A stretch of DNA of 33,850 nt, from the IMG/VR virus record IMGVR_UViG_3300047290_000102, positions 1-33,850 of that record. One strand, 5' to 3'. This stretch comes from a virus. Its lineage: Duplodnaviria; Caudoviricetes. A program made the position numbers and the translations under genes. The notes beneath the pieces are model-generated. The model saw nothing but the letters and a program-made list of their open reading frames with translations. It searched no databases and was not told the origin of the DNA. Below, piece by piece: positions 32,280-33,850 of this stretch; the stretch's first letter is position 1, and every line of letters begins with the position of its first letter.

Positions 32280-33850
32280 ATGTTAACTCCAGAATTCATA
32301 TATCAACTTGTCACTTCAGTAGTGGACAAGAAGAAGTCAAGTGCAAAGACCAAACCAAAATTGGGAAGTCAATGGTCTAATGCAAGTGTTGATGACAATC
32401 ATTTGCCGGAGTATTACCAAGGCTATACCTTGGCAGTAAAATGGTTGCAACAAATAAAGGTTCACGCACAAAAGGGAGTTTATCCTTACGCATTGTTTGA
32501 AAAACAAGCTCCCAATCAAACTCCTATGGAGGCTGAATATGTTCGTGCCAATTACAAGCAGACAACCATACAAGTGTTCAAAGATATGGTTGACACATAT
32601 GGCAGAGCATACCACGAAAACAACTGGAGCATTCAATTCACTCCCGATGCCGACCAATATGTGAATTCAAGTCAGACCCTACAACAATACATTGACCAAG
32701 ACTTTCCGGAATATGGATCGTTGGACAACTTTGTTTTCACCTTTCTGCCTCCTTTGAAAATGATGGATGCAATGGGAGTGGTTGCAGTTATGCCATATGA
32801 GATTCCAGTTATTGAAAAAGATGGTGAGCAAATCATAGACCCCGACCAACTTGTTGAACCATTCACCAAGTTCTACCATACAACAAGAGTCTTGGCTTAT
32901 GCACCGGAGTATTGTGTTATTGAGTCAGAAGAATTGTCTCCAGTAGATTACAATGGTAAGGAGATATATGATGGATTGGTTTTCTACATCTTTGATGAAG
33001 AATGGATTTATAAAGCCATTCAAGTAGGTAAGAAAGTTGACTACACATTTGAATTGGTTGAGTGGTTTAATCATAATACCGGTAAACTTCCAGTCAAAAG
33101 AGTTGATGGTATAGCCATTCAGATTGATGAGACAATGATGCAACAAAGTCCATTCCTTTATGCTACTGACATATTGGATGAGGTGCTTTTGGATAGTGCA
33201 TTGTTGAGAGGCATCAAACCAACTTGCACATATCCTTTTAGGGTAATGGTTGGTGAGTATTGTGAATTCAGCATAAGGGACAATGGAGAGCAGTTGGTTT
33301 GTGACAATGGCTACCATTATAGAAGTGATGGCACAAAGTCAATGTGTCCGGAGTGTAATGGGACTGGTGCAAAAGATAGGGTTTCACCTTATGGAACTTT
33401 ATTAATTAAGCCACAAAAAGGAGCAAATCAAGGAGACACCGTTTCACCGGACAAGGCAATGTACTATGCAAGTCCATCAGTTGAGACACCAACTTTCCTA
33501 CGCAATGAGATTGCCCAAGGGATGGCAATGGCTTATGATATTTTGCATCTAAAGAAAACCGACAACAAGGTTCAAGGTGGTAGCAATATGACTGCTACCG
33601 AAGTTGCTTCTGACCAAAAGAGTTTGATTGCCGGTATCAAACAAAACTGCCTTCAGTTATTTGATATGTATGAATGGTGCATTGATATGATTGGCTTGAT
33701 GCGTTATGGTGTCAATTATAGAAAGCCAGTCATCAAGAGACCAGTCAATTATGACTTCTATATGGAGTCAGATTATATGGCTCAAATAAATGAGGCTATC
33801 ATTTCAAAGCAACCACCTTTTGTAATTCAGTCCATCATTTATAAGTATTT
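32280..33850 (+). CDS. Portal protein (3' truncated by the window; absent from ORF track)
   Basis: Long open frame MLTPEFIYQLV... with no stop seen. Contains FNHNTGKLPV and MTATEV portal-like motifs and an inserted C..C..CPECNGTG zinc finger. Confidence 0.75.
   Translation, partial: MLTPEFIYQLVTSVVDKKKSSAKTKPKLGSQWSNASVDDNHLPEYYQGYTLAVKWLQQIKVHAQKGVYPYALFEKQAPNQTPMEAEYVRANYKQTTIQVFKDMVDTYGRAYHENNWSIQFTPDADQYVNSSQTLQQYIDQDFPEYGSLDNFVFTFLPPLKMMDAMGVVAVMPYEIPVIEKDGEQIIDPDQLVEPFTKFYHTTRVLAYAPEYCVIESEELSPVDYNGKEIYDGLVFYIFDEEWIYKAIQVGKKVDYTFELVEWFNHNTGKLPVKRVDGIAIQIDETMMQQSPFLYATDILDEVLLDSALLRGIKPTCTYPFRVMVGEYCEFSIRDNGEQLVCDNGYHYRSDGTKSMCPECNGTGAKDRVSPYGTLLIKPQKGANQGDTVSPDKAMYYASPSVETPTFLRNEIAQGMAMAYDILHLKKTDNKVQGGSNMTATEVASDQKSLIAGIKQNCLQLFDMYEWCIDMIGLMRYGVNYRKPVIKRPVNYDFYMESDYMAQINEAIISKQPPFVIQSIIYKY

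Noticed and set aside
772-33317. Many 60-130-aa antisense or off-frame ORFs in the track
   Set aside because: They overlap well-supported genes and show no motifs or coupling; treated as shadow ORFs.
1-33850. Stop-codon reassignment suggested by the TTA-anticodon reading of the tRNA-like element
   Set aside because: Conserved genes are full length in the standard code, and many end in TAA with tight coupling to the next gene.

Overview
A 33.85-kb stretch of a long-tailed dsDNA phage genome. The host is most likely a Bacteroidota species: TAnnTTTG -7 promoter boxes, A-rich start contexts with few Shine-Dalgarno sites, and a signal peptide cleaved before Gln. Left to right: (1) the end of a rightward unit (holin-like fragment, terminator, membrane protein); (2) a leftward unit with two small HTH-type genes, gmd and fcl (GDP-L-fucose synthesis), two overlapping spanin-like genes and a CHAP endolysin; (3) an early region of small genes with repeated leaders, RecT and exonuclease, a C5 DNA methyltransferase and a PD-(D/E)XK protein; (4) a leftward phosphoesterase and HExxH gene; (5) a structured leader, a replication initiator with internal iterons and a DnaB-like helicase; (6) a morphogenesis region with terS, a tRNA-like element, terL, a chaperone with a -1 frameshift, tape measure and tail proteins, a glycosyltransferase/methyltransferase cassette and a portal gene that runs off the end. 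Most notable: a probable phage-encoded fucose-using glycosylation system placed among the structural genes; a window-wide motif signature (GATC almost only as CGATCC/GGATCG, CCAG almost only as CCAGT, frequent CCGG) that may match a methyltransferase with three target-recognition modules; a P4-CI/P1-C4-like antisense leader; and a tRNA-like element with a short anticodon arm between terS and terL. All calls come from motif recognition by eye, and all motif counts are manual; no searches were run.
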